From Verrucomicrobiia bacterium (GTDB lineage Bacteria; Verrucomicrobiota; Verrucomicrobiia; Chthoniobacterales; Terrimicrobiaceae), in the NCBI GenBank assembly GCA_037129975.1, contig JBAXTX010000001.1:1-44989 (forward strand): DNA of 44,989 nucleotides. Reading direction: 5' to 3'. Each line of letters starts with the position of its first letter. Within the stretch, counting starts at the first letter, position 1. This document shows positions 33,861-41,334 of this stretch, piece by piece. Under the pieces are notes generated by a model that was not told where the DNA came from, made no database searches, and worked only from the letters and a program-made list of their open reading frames with translations. Made by a program: the position numbers and the translations under genes.

Positions 33861-35150
33861 ATGTTGACCAAACACTTCAGCCTCTTTCTGGCGCTCCGCT
33901 ATCTCAAGCCGAAGCGCACGTTCCTTTCGATCATCACGCTGGTTTCGATCCTCGGGGTGACCCTCGGGATCATGGTGCTGATCCTTGTCATCTCGGTGAT
34001 GACGGGTTTCGAGCAGGAGCTGCGGCGGAAGGTGATCGGGTTCGACGCGCATATCGTCATCAGCAACCGGTCCGTGATGGAGGATTGGTCCAAGACCATG
34101 AAGCTCTGCCTGGAAGAGCCGAATGTCACGGCGGCGGCACCGTTCGTGCAGGGACCGGTCATCGTCGAGTTCCAGAACCGTCGGCTCGCCCCCAAGATCC
34201 GCGGCGTCGAGCCGGAACTTGAGGAAAAAGTCGTGAACGTCGGCGAGTATATTATTGCGGGAAGCTACGACCTCGCGGGCGACAAGACGGTGCTCGGGTC
34301 CGAGCTGGCGCGCACGCTCGGCGCCGGGGTGGGGGACAAGGTCACCGTCTATTCTCCGGGAAATTTCAACCAGATCCTCGAGGAGTTGAACCGGATCGAA
34401 AAAGAGGGCGGGAAGGCCGCCGACGCGGCGGCCTTGAAGCAGATGGTTCTTCCCAAGGAGCTCGAGGTGACCGGGATTTTCGAAAGCGGACGCTACCTCT
34501 ACGACAGCGAGTTTCTCATCGTCCCGCTCCACATCGGGCAGGAGCTCTACAACCTTGGCGACGCGGTTCACGGGCTCGCGCTCAAGACCACCGACCCCTA
34601 CCTCGCGCCGGAAATCCGCGAGTCGCTCAACAGGAAACTCACGCCGCCCGAGTCCGCGCTCACGTGGATCGACCTCAACAAGCAGATCTTCGACGCGATC
34701 CGCATGGAGCGCAATGTCATGTTCTTCCTTCTGATGTTCATCGTTCTGGTCGCCGCGTTCGGGATCATGAACACGCTGATCACCGTGACGGTTCAGAAGA
34801 CCCGCGAGATCGGAGTGATGAAGGCGCTCGGCGCGCGGACGCACCAGATCATCGGGGTCTTTCTCGCGCAGGGAATGGTCGTCGGGGTTTTCGGAACGAT
34901 CACCGGACTCGGGCTCGGCATCGTCATGGTCCAATATCGGAATCAGGTCAGCGACTGGCTCGCCACCACGCTGCACATCGAGATTTTCCCGCGCTCGGTT
35001 TACCAGTTCAGCGAGATCCCGGCCCAGGTCATCCCATCGGATGTCGCGATCATCTGCGCGAGCGCGTTTATGATCTGTTCGCTCGCGGCCCTCATCCCGG
35101 CTTGGTTCGCCGCGCGGCTCGATCCGGTGAAGGCCCTGCGCTACGAGTGA
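33861..35150 (+). CDS. LolC/LolE-family lipoprotein-releasing ABC transporter permease
   Basis: ATG 33861 starts MLTKHFSLFLALRYLKPKRTFLSIITLVSILGVTLG, the canonical LolC/E N-terminus. There is a periplasmic MacB-like domain and a C-terminal FtsX-type 3-TM bundle (...KTREIGVMKALGAR...RLDPVKALRYE). Confidence 0.85.
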   Translation: MLTKHFSLFLALRYLKPKRTFLSIITLVSILGVTLGIMVLILVISVMTGFEQELRRKVIGFDAHIVISNRSVMEDWSKTMKLCLEEPNVTAAAPFVQGPVIVEFQNRRLAPKIRGVEPELEEKVVNVGEYIIAGSYDLAGDKTVLGSELARTLGAGVGDKVTVYSPGNFNQILEELNRIEKEGGKAADAAALKQMVLPKELEVTGIFESGRYLYDSEFLIVPLHIGQELYNLGDAVHGLALKTTDPYLAPEIRESLNRKLTPPESALTWIDLNKQIFDAIRMERNVMFFLLMFIVLVAAFGIMNTLITVTVQKTREIGVMKALGARTHQIIGVFLAQGMVVGVFGTITGLGLGIVMVQYRNQVSDWLATTLHIEIFPRSVYQFSEIPAQVIPSDVAIICASAFMICSLAALIPAWFAARLDPVKALRYE

Positions 35151-35171
35151 CTCAAACCGGATGCGGGCGCG

Positions 35172-35450
35172 TCAGCGCGGCAGAGTATGCGGAGCCAGAA
35201 CCGCCGTGCCGATCCCAAGGACCATGGCCAGCAGGAAGCCGATGACTGCCAGAGCCAGCAGCACCGTGGCAATAACGCCGAGGATCTTGCCGATCTGAGT
35301 GAGAGATTTCCCTTCCGGATCCATCGTGCCGGCCGCGATCTGTTTGAGATCGGCATTCCCCATGACCCACGCGGCAATGCCGACGGGCTGGCAGATGATG
35401 AGACCGAGAATTCCGAGAACGAGAACGAGTGTGCCGCGATGTGGTTTCAT
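35172..35450 (-). CDS. small two-TM membrane protein (DUF4190-like)
   Basis: ATG 35450 starts MKPHRGTLVLVLGILGLIICQPVGIAAWVMGNADLKQIAAG, followed by a second TM helix. The track start at 35486 is a TTG. Confidence 0.5.
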   Translation of the reverse strand: MKPHRGTLVLVLGILGLIICQPVGIAAWVMGNADLKQIAAGTMDPEGKSLTQIGKILGVIATVLLALAVIGFLLAMVLGIGTAVLAPHTLPR

Positions 35451-35546
35451 GAGAGGATATTTATCCGCCGGATTTTTTAAATTCAAGAAGTTTTCTCCCG
35501 GGGGTCACGTCATTGGGTCTTGGCAAAGACGGAAAAACTTGCAAGG

Positions 35547-36116
35547 ATGACACATTCTCCCATGACCTTCGACCACTTGGAAAACTGGTATCTCCGCAAG
35601 CACGATTCCGCGGAAGTGTTCGGCCCCGTGCGCTTCGAGCAAATCCGGGCATGGGCGCGGGCGGCGCAAGTGAACTCGCATGACATGGTTTCGACGGACA
35701 AGGATGTCTGGACGAAAGCGCCCATGATTCCGGATCTTGCCATGGACTGGCTGATCGAGGTGTCGGGCAGCCTCCTCTATGGCCCGACGACGGCGGAAGC
35801 CCTGCTCGAGTTCGTCAGAATCGGCGAAATCAACCGGGAGACAACCGTCATCAACTGTCGGACATCTGATGCCATGGCGCTCTGGAAAACCCCGTTTTTT
35901 CGGGAGAAGGCATTGTCGCCGGCGCCGGAAATTGTTTCCCACCCTCCGACGATCGGGATCCGGGTCAATCTTCAAAAACGCATCCGCGATCTCGAGTCCG
36001 CCCTGATCGAATGCCGGCGTCAGCATGAGACCGCGAAGGAGACGATCGCCAAGCTGGAGGCGACGGTCGCGGAGTTGCAAGGCAAACTGACTGATTTCCG
36101 GGCAGGCCGAAAATAG
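35547..36116 (+). CDS. cytoplasmic protein with two GYF_2 (DUF4339)-like repeats and a C-terminal coiled coil
   Basis: The repeats are WYLRKHDSAEVFGPVRFEQIRAWARAAQVNSHDMVSTDKDVWTKAP and WLIEVSGSLLYGPTTAEALLEFVRIGEINRETTVIN...ALWKTP. The tail ...IRDLESALIECRRQHETAKETIAKLEATVAELQGKL is coiled-coil-like. The start is uncertain (ATG 35547 or 35562, or TTG 35520). Confidence 0.45.
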   Translation: MTHSPMTFDHLENWYLRKHDSAEVFGPVRFEQIRAWARAAQVNSHDMVSTDKDVWTKAPMIPDLAMDWLIEVSGSLLYGPTTAEALLEFVRIGEINRETTVINCRTSDAMALWKTPFFREKALSPAPEIVSHPPTIGIRVNLQKRIRDLESALIECRRQHETAKETIAKLEATVAELQGKLTDFRAGRK

Positions 36117-36223
36117 TCGGCAAGAGAACGCGGTTTGTGAGGCGCATCCGAACCCGCCCCAGTCGCGAATGACGGCGCGGATGGCATCGGGGTATGCAAC
36201 GCCCGTGCCGGACGTTCCGGATT

Positions 36224-37243
36224 TCAGCCGGAGATCGTCGTCGGTCCGCGCCCCCACGCCCGCGTGATCTCGCGGACGAGGCCGGGGCCGTGGTAGACGA
36301 AGCCGGTGTAGATCTGCACGAGCGAGGCACCGGCTTTCAGCTTCTCCACCGCCGATTCGGCGCTCATCACTCCGCCGGAGGCGATGATCGGAAGCGCGGT
36401 GTGTTCGCGGAGAATTTTGAGAACTTCGGTCGAGCGGACGCGGAGCGGCGAGCCGCTGAGCCCGCCGGTCTGGTCGCTCTCCGCGGGCACGGCCGAGTGG
36501 TCAAGCGTCGTATTGGTCGCGATGAGACCGTCGAGTTTTTCGACCTCCGCGAGCTCCGCCATTTCGCGCACGGCGGCGTCCGGGAGATCGGGCGCGATTT
36601 TCACCAGCAGCGGCTTCGTGGCATCGATCGCCTTCAATGTGCGGACGATCTCCGCGAGCGAGTCGCGGTCCTGAAGCTGGCGCAGCCCCGGCGTGTTCGG
36701 CGAGCTGACGTTGATGACAAAATAATCGCCGAATGGCAGGAGCAGGCGGAAGCTTGTGGCGTAGTCGGCGGCCGCCTCTTCCAGCGGCGTGACTTTCGAT
36801 TTTCCGATGTTCATCCCGACCGGGATCCCCGGCCACTTTCCGGAGGACTTGAGCGCAGCCAGCCTGGCGGCAATGCTTTCCGCGCCGTCGTTGTTGAACC
36901 CCATCCGGTTGATGAGCGCGTGCTGGCGCGGATAGCGGAAGCACCGCGGCTTGTCGTTGCCCGGCTGAGCCCGCGCGGTCACCGTGCCGGCTTCGACAAA
37001 TCCAAACCCCAGAGCCTCCCACGCTCCCAGGACTTCCGCATTTTTATCCATCCCCGCCGCGAGCCCGACCGGATTCGGAAATGTCAGCCCGAAAAGTCGC
37101 AGGGGGCATCTCTCTTTTCCTCCGAACATCGCCCGCACAACCCCCGGGGGAGTGAGGCGCAGCCCGGCGAGTGCCAGATGGTGGGCCGTCTCCGCGTCCA
37201 GGCGGAACAGGCAGGGACGGACGATGTCAGTGTAAAGATTCAA
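36224..37243 (-). CDS. pyrD: dihydroorotate dehydrogenase (quinone), class 2
   Basis: MNLYTDIVRPCLFRLDAETAHHLALAGLRL..., FPNPVGLAAGMDKNAE, GFGFVEAGTVTARAQPGNDKPRCFR, NVSSPNTPGLRQLQ and IASGGV form the full PyrD pattern. It has a TTG start overlapping the upstream stop. Confidence 0.9.
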   Translation of the reverse strand: MNLYTDIVRPCLFRLDAETAHHLALAGLRLTPPGVVRAMFGGKERCPLRLFGLTFPNPVGLAAGMDKNAEVLGAWEALGFGFVEAGTVTARAQPGNDKPRCFRYPRQHALINRMGFNNDGAESIAARLAALKSSGKWPGIPVGMNIGKSKVTPLEEAAADYATSFRLLLPFGDYFVINVSSPNTPGLRQLQDRDSLAEIVRTLKAIDATKPLLVKIAPDLPDAAVREMAELAEVEKLDGLIATNTTLDHSAVPAESDQTGGLSGSPLRVRSTEVLKILREHTALPIIASGGVMSAESAVEKLKAGASLVQIYTGFVYHGPGLVREITRAWGRGPTTISG

Positions 37244-37749
37244 TCGGTGGAATGGAGGTAGTGAAGAATGACATCGTCGGTGAATTTCAACCTGCGGGCG
37301 AGCTCGCGCGCGATATTCATCATCAACAGGGCGAAGAGGGCAATGTCCTCGTGCTGCAACGCGATGAGCGAATGTCTGGAAAGGGCGAGCACCTCGCCGG
37401 CCTCAAGGGCGACGACGCTCGCCGAGTGCCGCTGCATGGACAGCAGGGACGCCTCCCCGAAGCACTCGCCGACATCGAGAACCTTCCTCTTGAGCACCGT
37501 CTTGTCGTCACCGGTGACAAGCAGTTCGAGTTTTCCCGACTTCACGACATAGATGTGCGTGGGTTCGCTCCCCTTTTCAAAAACGGCGTCCCCCTTGTTG
37601 AAAGAAGCCGCCTCCAGGCGACGGAATATCCTGGTTCGCTGAGAATCAGACACCCCGCCCAAAATCGAAATTTGCGAAAGGATGGGGAGGATGGACTCGT
37701 GATCAGTCAGGGGAGCAAAAGCATTCATAACCGGACAGTGCCCACCCAT
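37240..37749 (-). CDS. cyclic-nucleotide-binding (cNMP/Crp-type effector) domain protein, stand-alone
   Basis: FNKGDAVFEKGSEPTHIYVVKSGKLELLV...LDVGECFGEASLLSMQRHSASVVALEAGEVLAL is the classic cNMP-binding beta-barrel. There is no HTH. An alternative start is ATG 37728. Confidence 0.75.
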   Translation of the reverse strand: MGGHCPVMNAFAPLTDHESILPILSQISILGGVSDSQRTRIFRRLEAASFNKGDAVFEKGSEPTHIYVVKSGKLELLVTGDDKTVLKRKVLDVGECFGEASLLSMQRHSASVVALEAGEVLALSRHSLIALQHEDIALFALLMMNIARELARRLKFTDDVILHYLHSTD

Positions 37750-37893
37750 GCCATTTTCTCCTTCAATGCACGAGAAAAAACCGCGTCCCGTCGTGCCCGC
37801 GGCCGATTCACGAAGGCAGGGAACATGCCTTGGGGAACTTCGGGGATATTCCGCTGTCGGGGATATTCCGCTTGCATCTCCTGATTTTTCCCG

Positions 37894-38787
37894 TCAGTTT
37901 TCACTTAGTTTTCGCACGGTTGGCGCAGTGGTAGCGCACCTCCCTGACACGGAGGGGGTCGTAGGTTCGAACCCTACACCGTGCATATTTCCGAACCCGG
38001 ACAGATCAAGAAGACAAGCCGCCACCATCCCGTCGGAGCGGGCACAGAGCCGCTCGATTTTTTCCCGCTCCATATTCATCCAGGCAGTGGAGAGGGCGTC
38101 CGCCTCGGCTGCAGTCGGGGCAAGGGCCCAGGAACGCCGATATCTGGAGGCCGGGTTTCCCGTTGAAGGATCGATGATATGCCGCCCCCGCATATCGAAT
38201 CCCGAAGTGCCAAGAGCGCGCCGACACAGCGGCAGCTCCCTGGAGCCGGCGCCATCGCCAAGGCGAACCGCCCACCCTTCTTGTCCATCCGGAGCATCAC
38301 CCGCCAGAATGCTGCTCCCGGAGCTCATCAGGAGAAATCTTTTGATCCCCCACACGTGAAGTTCCTCCGCCATCCGGTCGAGAGAGAATCCCTTTGCGAT
38401 CGCGCCCAGATCAATCACGCAGGGAGCGGAGTCGGCAACGAACTCGACTGTGGCGTGGTCGAGATGCCAGCGCGGCGAGGCAATTTCCGGGCGGCCTTCG
38501 GTGGCGCACACATGGAAAGCCCCCTCCGTGGCTTTCTGCACCTCGGCGGCAAGCGCAAGGCAATCAAAGACCTCCCGGGAGAGACGCCGGCGCCCTCCCG
38601 TGGGAAGGGCCGCAAGAGCGGACACTTCGCTGTCATCGCGGAACCGGCTCATGAGGGATTCCATGCGGTCGGTGATCGCGAACGCCGCCTGCGCTGCCTG
38701 CGCGGCATACGCTTCCTCTTCGCCGGCAATTCTCACCTGCCACCAGGTGTTCATCGCGTGGTGCGATGCCACATGGATGCCGCTCAT
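37894..38787 (-). CDS. apbE: FAD:protein FMN transferase (ApbE family)
   Basis: ATG 38787 (MSGIHVASHHAMNTWWQVRI...) overlaps the upstream stop (ATGA). ApbE-like blocks are SEVSALAALP, VIDLGAIAKGFSLDRMAEEL, LLMSSGSSILA, ALGTSGFDMRGRHIIDPSTGNP and AAEADALSTA. The last about 30 codons (…GVGFEPTTPSVSGRCATTAP…) are the antisense translation of the tRNA-Val gene. Confidence 0.8.
   Translation of the reverse strand: MSGIHVASHHAMNTWWQVRIAGEEEAYAAQAAQAAFAITDRMESLMSRFRDDSEVSALAALPTGGRRRLSREVFDCLALAAEVQKATEGAFHVCATEGRPEIASPRWHLDHATVEFVADSAPCVIDLGAIAKGFSLDRMAEELHVWGIKRFLLMSSGSSILAGDAPDGQEGWAVRLGDGAGSRELPLCRRALGTSGFDMRGRHIIDPSTGNPASRYRRSWALAPTAAEADALSTAWMNMEREKIERLCARSDGMVAACLLDLSGFGNMHGVGFEPTTPSVSGRCATTAPTVRKLSEN
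37914..37985 (+). tRNA. tRNA-Val(GAC): tRNA-Val (anticodon GAC)
   Basis: I folded the cloverleaf by hand. The acceptor is GCACGGT/ACCGTGC, the D-arm GCGC-AGTGGTA-GCGC, and the anticodon arm CCTCC-CTGACAC-GGAGG (anticodon GAC). The variable loop is GGGTC, the T-arm is GTAGG-TTCGAAC-CCTAC and the discriminator is A. CCA is not encoded. Confidence 0.9.
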
Positions 38788-40265
38788 CGCCCGGCCTTTC
38801 CGGCCCGCTCGTAAATCAGGAGCAGCGCTCCCGGTCGCTGGCAGAAGATCGAGGGGCGCCACCCCTTGCTCTCCAACTGCAACCTCTCGGCCTCCGCCTG
38901 ATCCAGAATCACGATATCCGCTTCGGGCATCGCATCTCCGGGACGCCAATATCCGACCTGGGGATAGCTCCGCAAATACCAGGGCAGCGGCCAGGGATCA
39001 TCGGCCATGACAGCGATGCGAAGCGGGCGGGCGGCTTGCTTTTGCAGACGCTCCATGGTGCCCGAGAGGTTGCGGATATCTTCGGAGGTATGCGAATAGG
39101 CAAGCGGGTTGCTCTCCCCGGCGGCATGACGGAAGACGCGGTCGTCGAGATCCTTGGAAATAAAAAAGCCCAGGACCAGCATGGCTGCCTCGCTCAGAAG
39201 TCTGGAGCGTCGCCAGAGGAACGAGAGGGCCAGCGCCGCCAGCAGTGCCAAGGGAAGCCAGATATTGAGAAGCAGCCAGGGAGTTTTGTAGGGGATCAGG
39301 GAATAAAGGAGGAACACCACCAAGGCATAGATCGAGAGAAACCGGCCGGCCTCCCGATGTGCTGTCCCGCGCCAGGCGAGCCAGCCTCCGGCAATCGCGA
39401 GGGCAAGCGTCGGCGGCCCCGAACTCATTCCCAGGAAGAGTTCCCAATAATAAATGAACGGCTTCTCGTGTCCCTGCCCCCCCGCACGCGAGCAGGCATG
39501 GCCGACTGCTGCGAAGATCTCACCAAAAGCGGACCAGTTTCGGAATCCCCAGGTAAAGCAGAGAAGAACGACAGCCGCACCCGAAAGGACGAAGAGAACT
39601 GCCTCGCGCCAACCCGGCGCCGGTTTCCCGCGCAGGGAAATCATGGCGGCCGCGGCTGCCGCGAAGGCGACGACGGATGTCGCCTTGGTCGCGATCATCG
39701 CGCCCGCACAGAGCCCCGCCATGCAGAACCAGCCCGCGGCCCGCGTGCTTCGGGCCAGGAGAATCGAAACCAGAAATCCGAACGTCAGCGAAAGGAAAAG
39801 CGATTCGTGGATGGCATACCTTCCATAATAGACGCAGAGGGGATCGAGCGCCCAGAGCAGCGCCGCAAACCCGGCGGCGGCCGCACCGGCGACGCGCGAA
39901 AAGGGAATGAAGAACAGGATTCCGAGCAACGACGAAAGAACCGCCGGGAGCCTGAGTTCCTCCGCGGTCAGCGCGGCAAGATTCCCGCTTCCCGCCAGCC
40001 TGCAGATCCCGTCACTCAGCGCAAAGTAAAGCGGACCGTGGTGATCCGTCGGATCGTAGCGATACGGTTCGCCTTCGAGAATCTTTCCGATCAGGTAGGC
40101 ATTGACCGCCTCGTCGGTATGCATCGGACGGTCAGCCAGCCGGGGAACGCGAATCGCCAGAGCAAGAAGCACGATAACGAGGAAGGCCGCCCATTTCAGA
40201 AACGGCCTCTCGCGACCGTTCCGCCCGGAAGGAAGCCCCTCCTCCACATTGCGGCCGGTCGTCAT
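38784..40265 (-). CDS. GT-C-fold membrane glycosyltransferase (GT39/ArnT-like; TIGR03663-type)
   Basis: 493 aa with more than 10 hydrophobic helices. The first-loop motif RLADRPMHTDEAVNAYLIGKILEGEPYRYDPTDHHGPLYF is typical of this family as I remember it. Confidence 0.65.
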   Translation of the reverse strand: MTTGRNVEEGLPSGRNGRERPFLKWAAFLVIVLLALAIRVPRLADRPMHTDEAVNAYLIGKILEGEPYRYDPTDHHGPLYFALSDGICRLAGSGNLAALTAEELRLPAVLSSLLGILFFIPFSRVAGAAAAGFAALLWALDPLCVYYGRYAIHESLFLSLTFGFLVSILLARSTRAAGWFCMAGLCAGAMIATKATSVVAFAAAAAAMISLRGKPAPGWREAVLFVLSGAAVVLLCFTWGFRNWSAFGEIFAAVGHACSRAGGQGHEKPFIYYWELFLGMSSGPPTLALAIAGGWLAWRGTAHREAGRFLSIYALVVFLLYSLIPYKTPWLLLNIWLPLALLAALALSFLWRRSRLLSEAAMLVLGFFISKDLDDRVFRHAAGESNPLAYSHTSEDIRNLSGTMERLQKQAARPLRIAVMADDPWPLPWYLRSYPQVGYWRPGDAMPEADIVILDQAEAERLQLESKGWRPSIFCQRPGALLLIYERAGKAGR

Positions 40266-40289
40266 TCCAAAGAAGACGGAAGCCCGCGC

Positions 40290-40955
40290 CTATTGCGCCG
40301 GTTTTCCGTAAACCTCCACTTCGATATAGTGGTTCAACTTGTTCGTGGTATTTCCTGAACTGTAAAGGCGGACATAACGGCCTTTGGTTCCCTTCGCATC
40401 AATGAGCTTGCCTTCGCAAGTCTCGATATACATCAGATCCTTGCCCGCTCCCAGACCGGAGCTGTTTTCCGAATCGTTGTTGAAAACCGTCGTCACGCCC
40501 TGCTCAAATTTCGGATCATCGGAAATCTGCACGATCACGGAACGATAAACCCGCGCGTCCGCGTGAAAATGCCAGGCCACAATCGCATAGATATTCGCGG
40601 ACTGACCGAGGTCGATCTGCACCCACTGCGTGCCAGCACCGAACTCCACGTAGCACCCCTCGTCGCCGGCTTTGTCCCCGTCCGTCACAAGATCCTGCGC
40701 ACCGACCACCGGCTCCGAGTCGCTCGATGTGACACGCTTTCCGTTGGCAAGGTTGACCGTCCCTGCCGGCACGAGGAAATCAGGGCGTTTCCCCTTGCTC
40801 GGGGGTTCCAAATTGGGAATTTTAACAGGCACGGGAGTGCCAACAAAAAGCGGGGGCGGAAGTTCAAGTTTCAACGGCACCTTGGCATCTTGCGCAAATG
40901 CGTTTGTTCCGAGTGGAGCCAGCGCGAGCAGGACAGAGCAGAAAATAGCTTTCAT
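40290..40955 (-). CDS. secreted discoidin (F5/8 type C)-domain protein
   Basis: Signal MKAIFCSVLLALAPLGTNAFA, then a Pro-rich linker. The discoidin-like part is VTSSDSEPVVGAQDLVTDGDK...GTQWVQIDLGQSANIYAIVAWHF...GRYVRLYSSGNTTNKLNHYIEVEVYG. Confidence 0.7.
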   Translation of the reverse strand: MKAIFCSVLLALAPLGTNAFAQDAKVPLKLELPPPLFVGTPVPVKIPNLEPPSKGKRPDFLVPAGTVNLANGKRVTSSDSEPVVGAQDLVTDGDKAGDEGCYVEFGAGTQWVQIDLGQSANIYAIVAWHFHADARVYRSVIVQISDDPKFEQGVTTVFNNDSENSSGLGAGKDLMYIETCEGKLIDAKGTKGRYVRLYSSGNTTNKLNHYIEVEVYGKPAQ

Positions 40956-41013
40956 ATTATTAGATATTTGTTGGAGCTTAGTTTATTGGCGGTTATTTAG
41001 GTTTGTACACGAA

Positions 41014-41311
41014 CTAAATGGCTTCCATTTCAGCGGGATTAAGGTCAAGCGTGCGCCGGGCGGAGAGAGCCTCATTGGCCTTGTGGATGATGTATTCGCT
41101 TGAGAACGCTTCATCCGCGGGGCAGTTCAGCTTGGCCGTTCCACGGATGGAGTTAAAGAAGTTCTCCAGGTGCGGTTGGTGGATCGCCTTGTTAAAGGGA
41201 AACCGGAATATCAAAGGAGGCAAGCGCCGCCGTTTCACGAACGTCCACCTGGGTGTTGTCGTCGGAGTCGGCCTTGGGCGGGAGCCCCTGCGCACGGATA
41301 TAGTTTTTCAT
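41014..41311 (-). pseudogene. 3' remnant of a Gfo/Idh/MocA-family oxidoreductase gene (frameshifted, lacks the Rossmann domain)
   Basis: One frame reads MKNYIRAQGLPPKADSDDNTQVDVRETAALASFDIPVSL*. The next reads ...FPFNKAIHQPHLENFFNSIRGTAKLNCPADEAFSSEYIIHKANEALSARRTLDLNPAEMEAI*. That tail matches the C-terminus of PVC/Bacteroidota Gfo/Idh/MocA enzymes (H.L.NFF.aIRG...LNCPa..). No N-terminal part exists upstream, because the HzsA-like stop is at 41335. Confidence 0.4.
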
Positions 41312-41334
41312 AGAGGCTCATTAAACAGCTTTTT

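Noticed and set aside
33846-34976. 376-aa minus-strand ORF
   Set aside because: It is antisense to the LolC/E permease gene. Acidic/basic low-complexity shadow ORF.
36194-37261. 355-aa plus-strand ORF
   Set aside because: It is antisense to pyrD, an unambiguous full-length match pattern.
38766-40358. 530-aa plus-strand ORF
   Set aside because: It is antisense to the multi-TM GT-C glycosyltransferase. It is highly basic and low-complexity. Shadow ORF.
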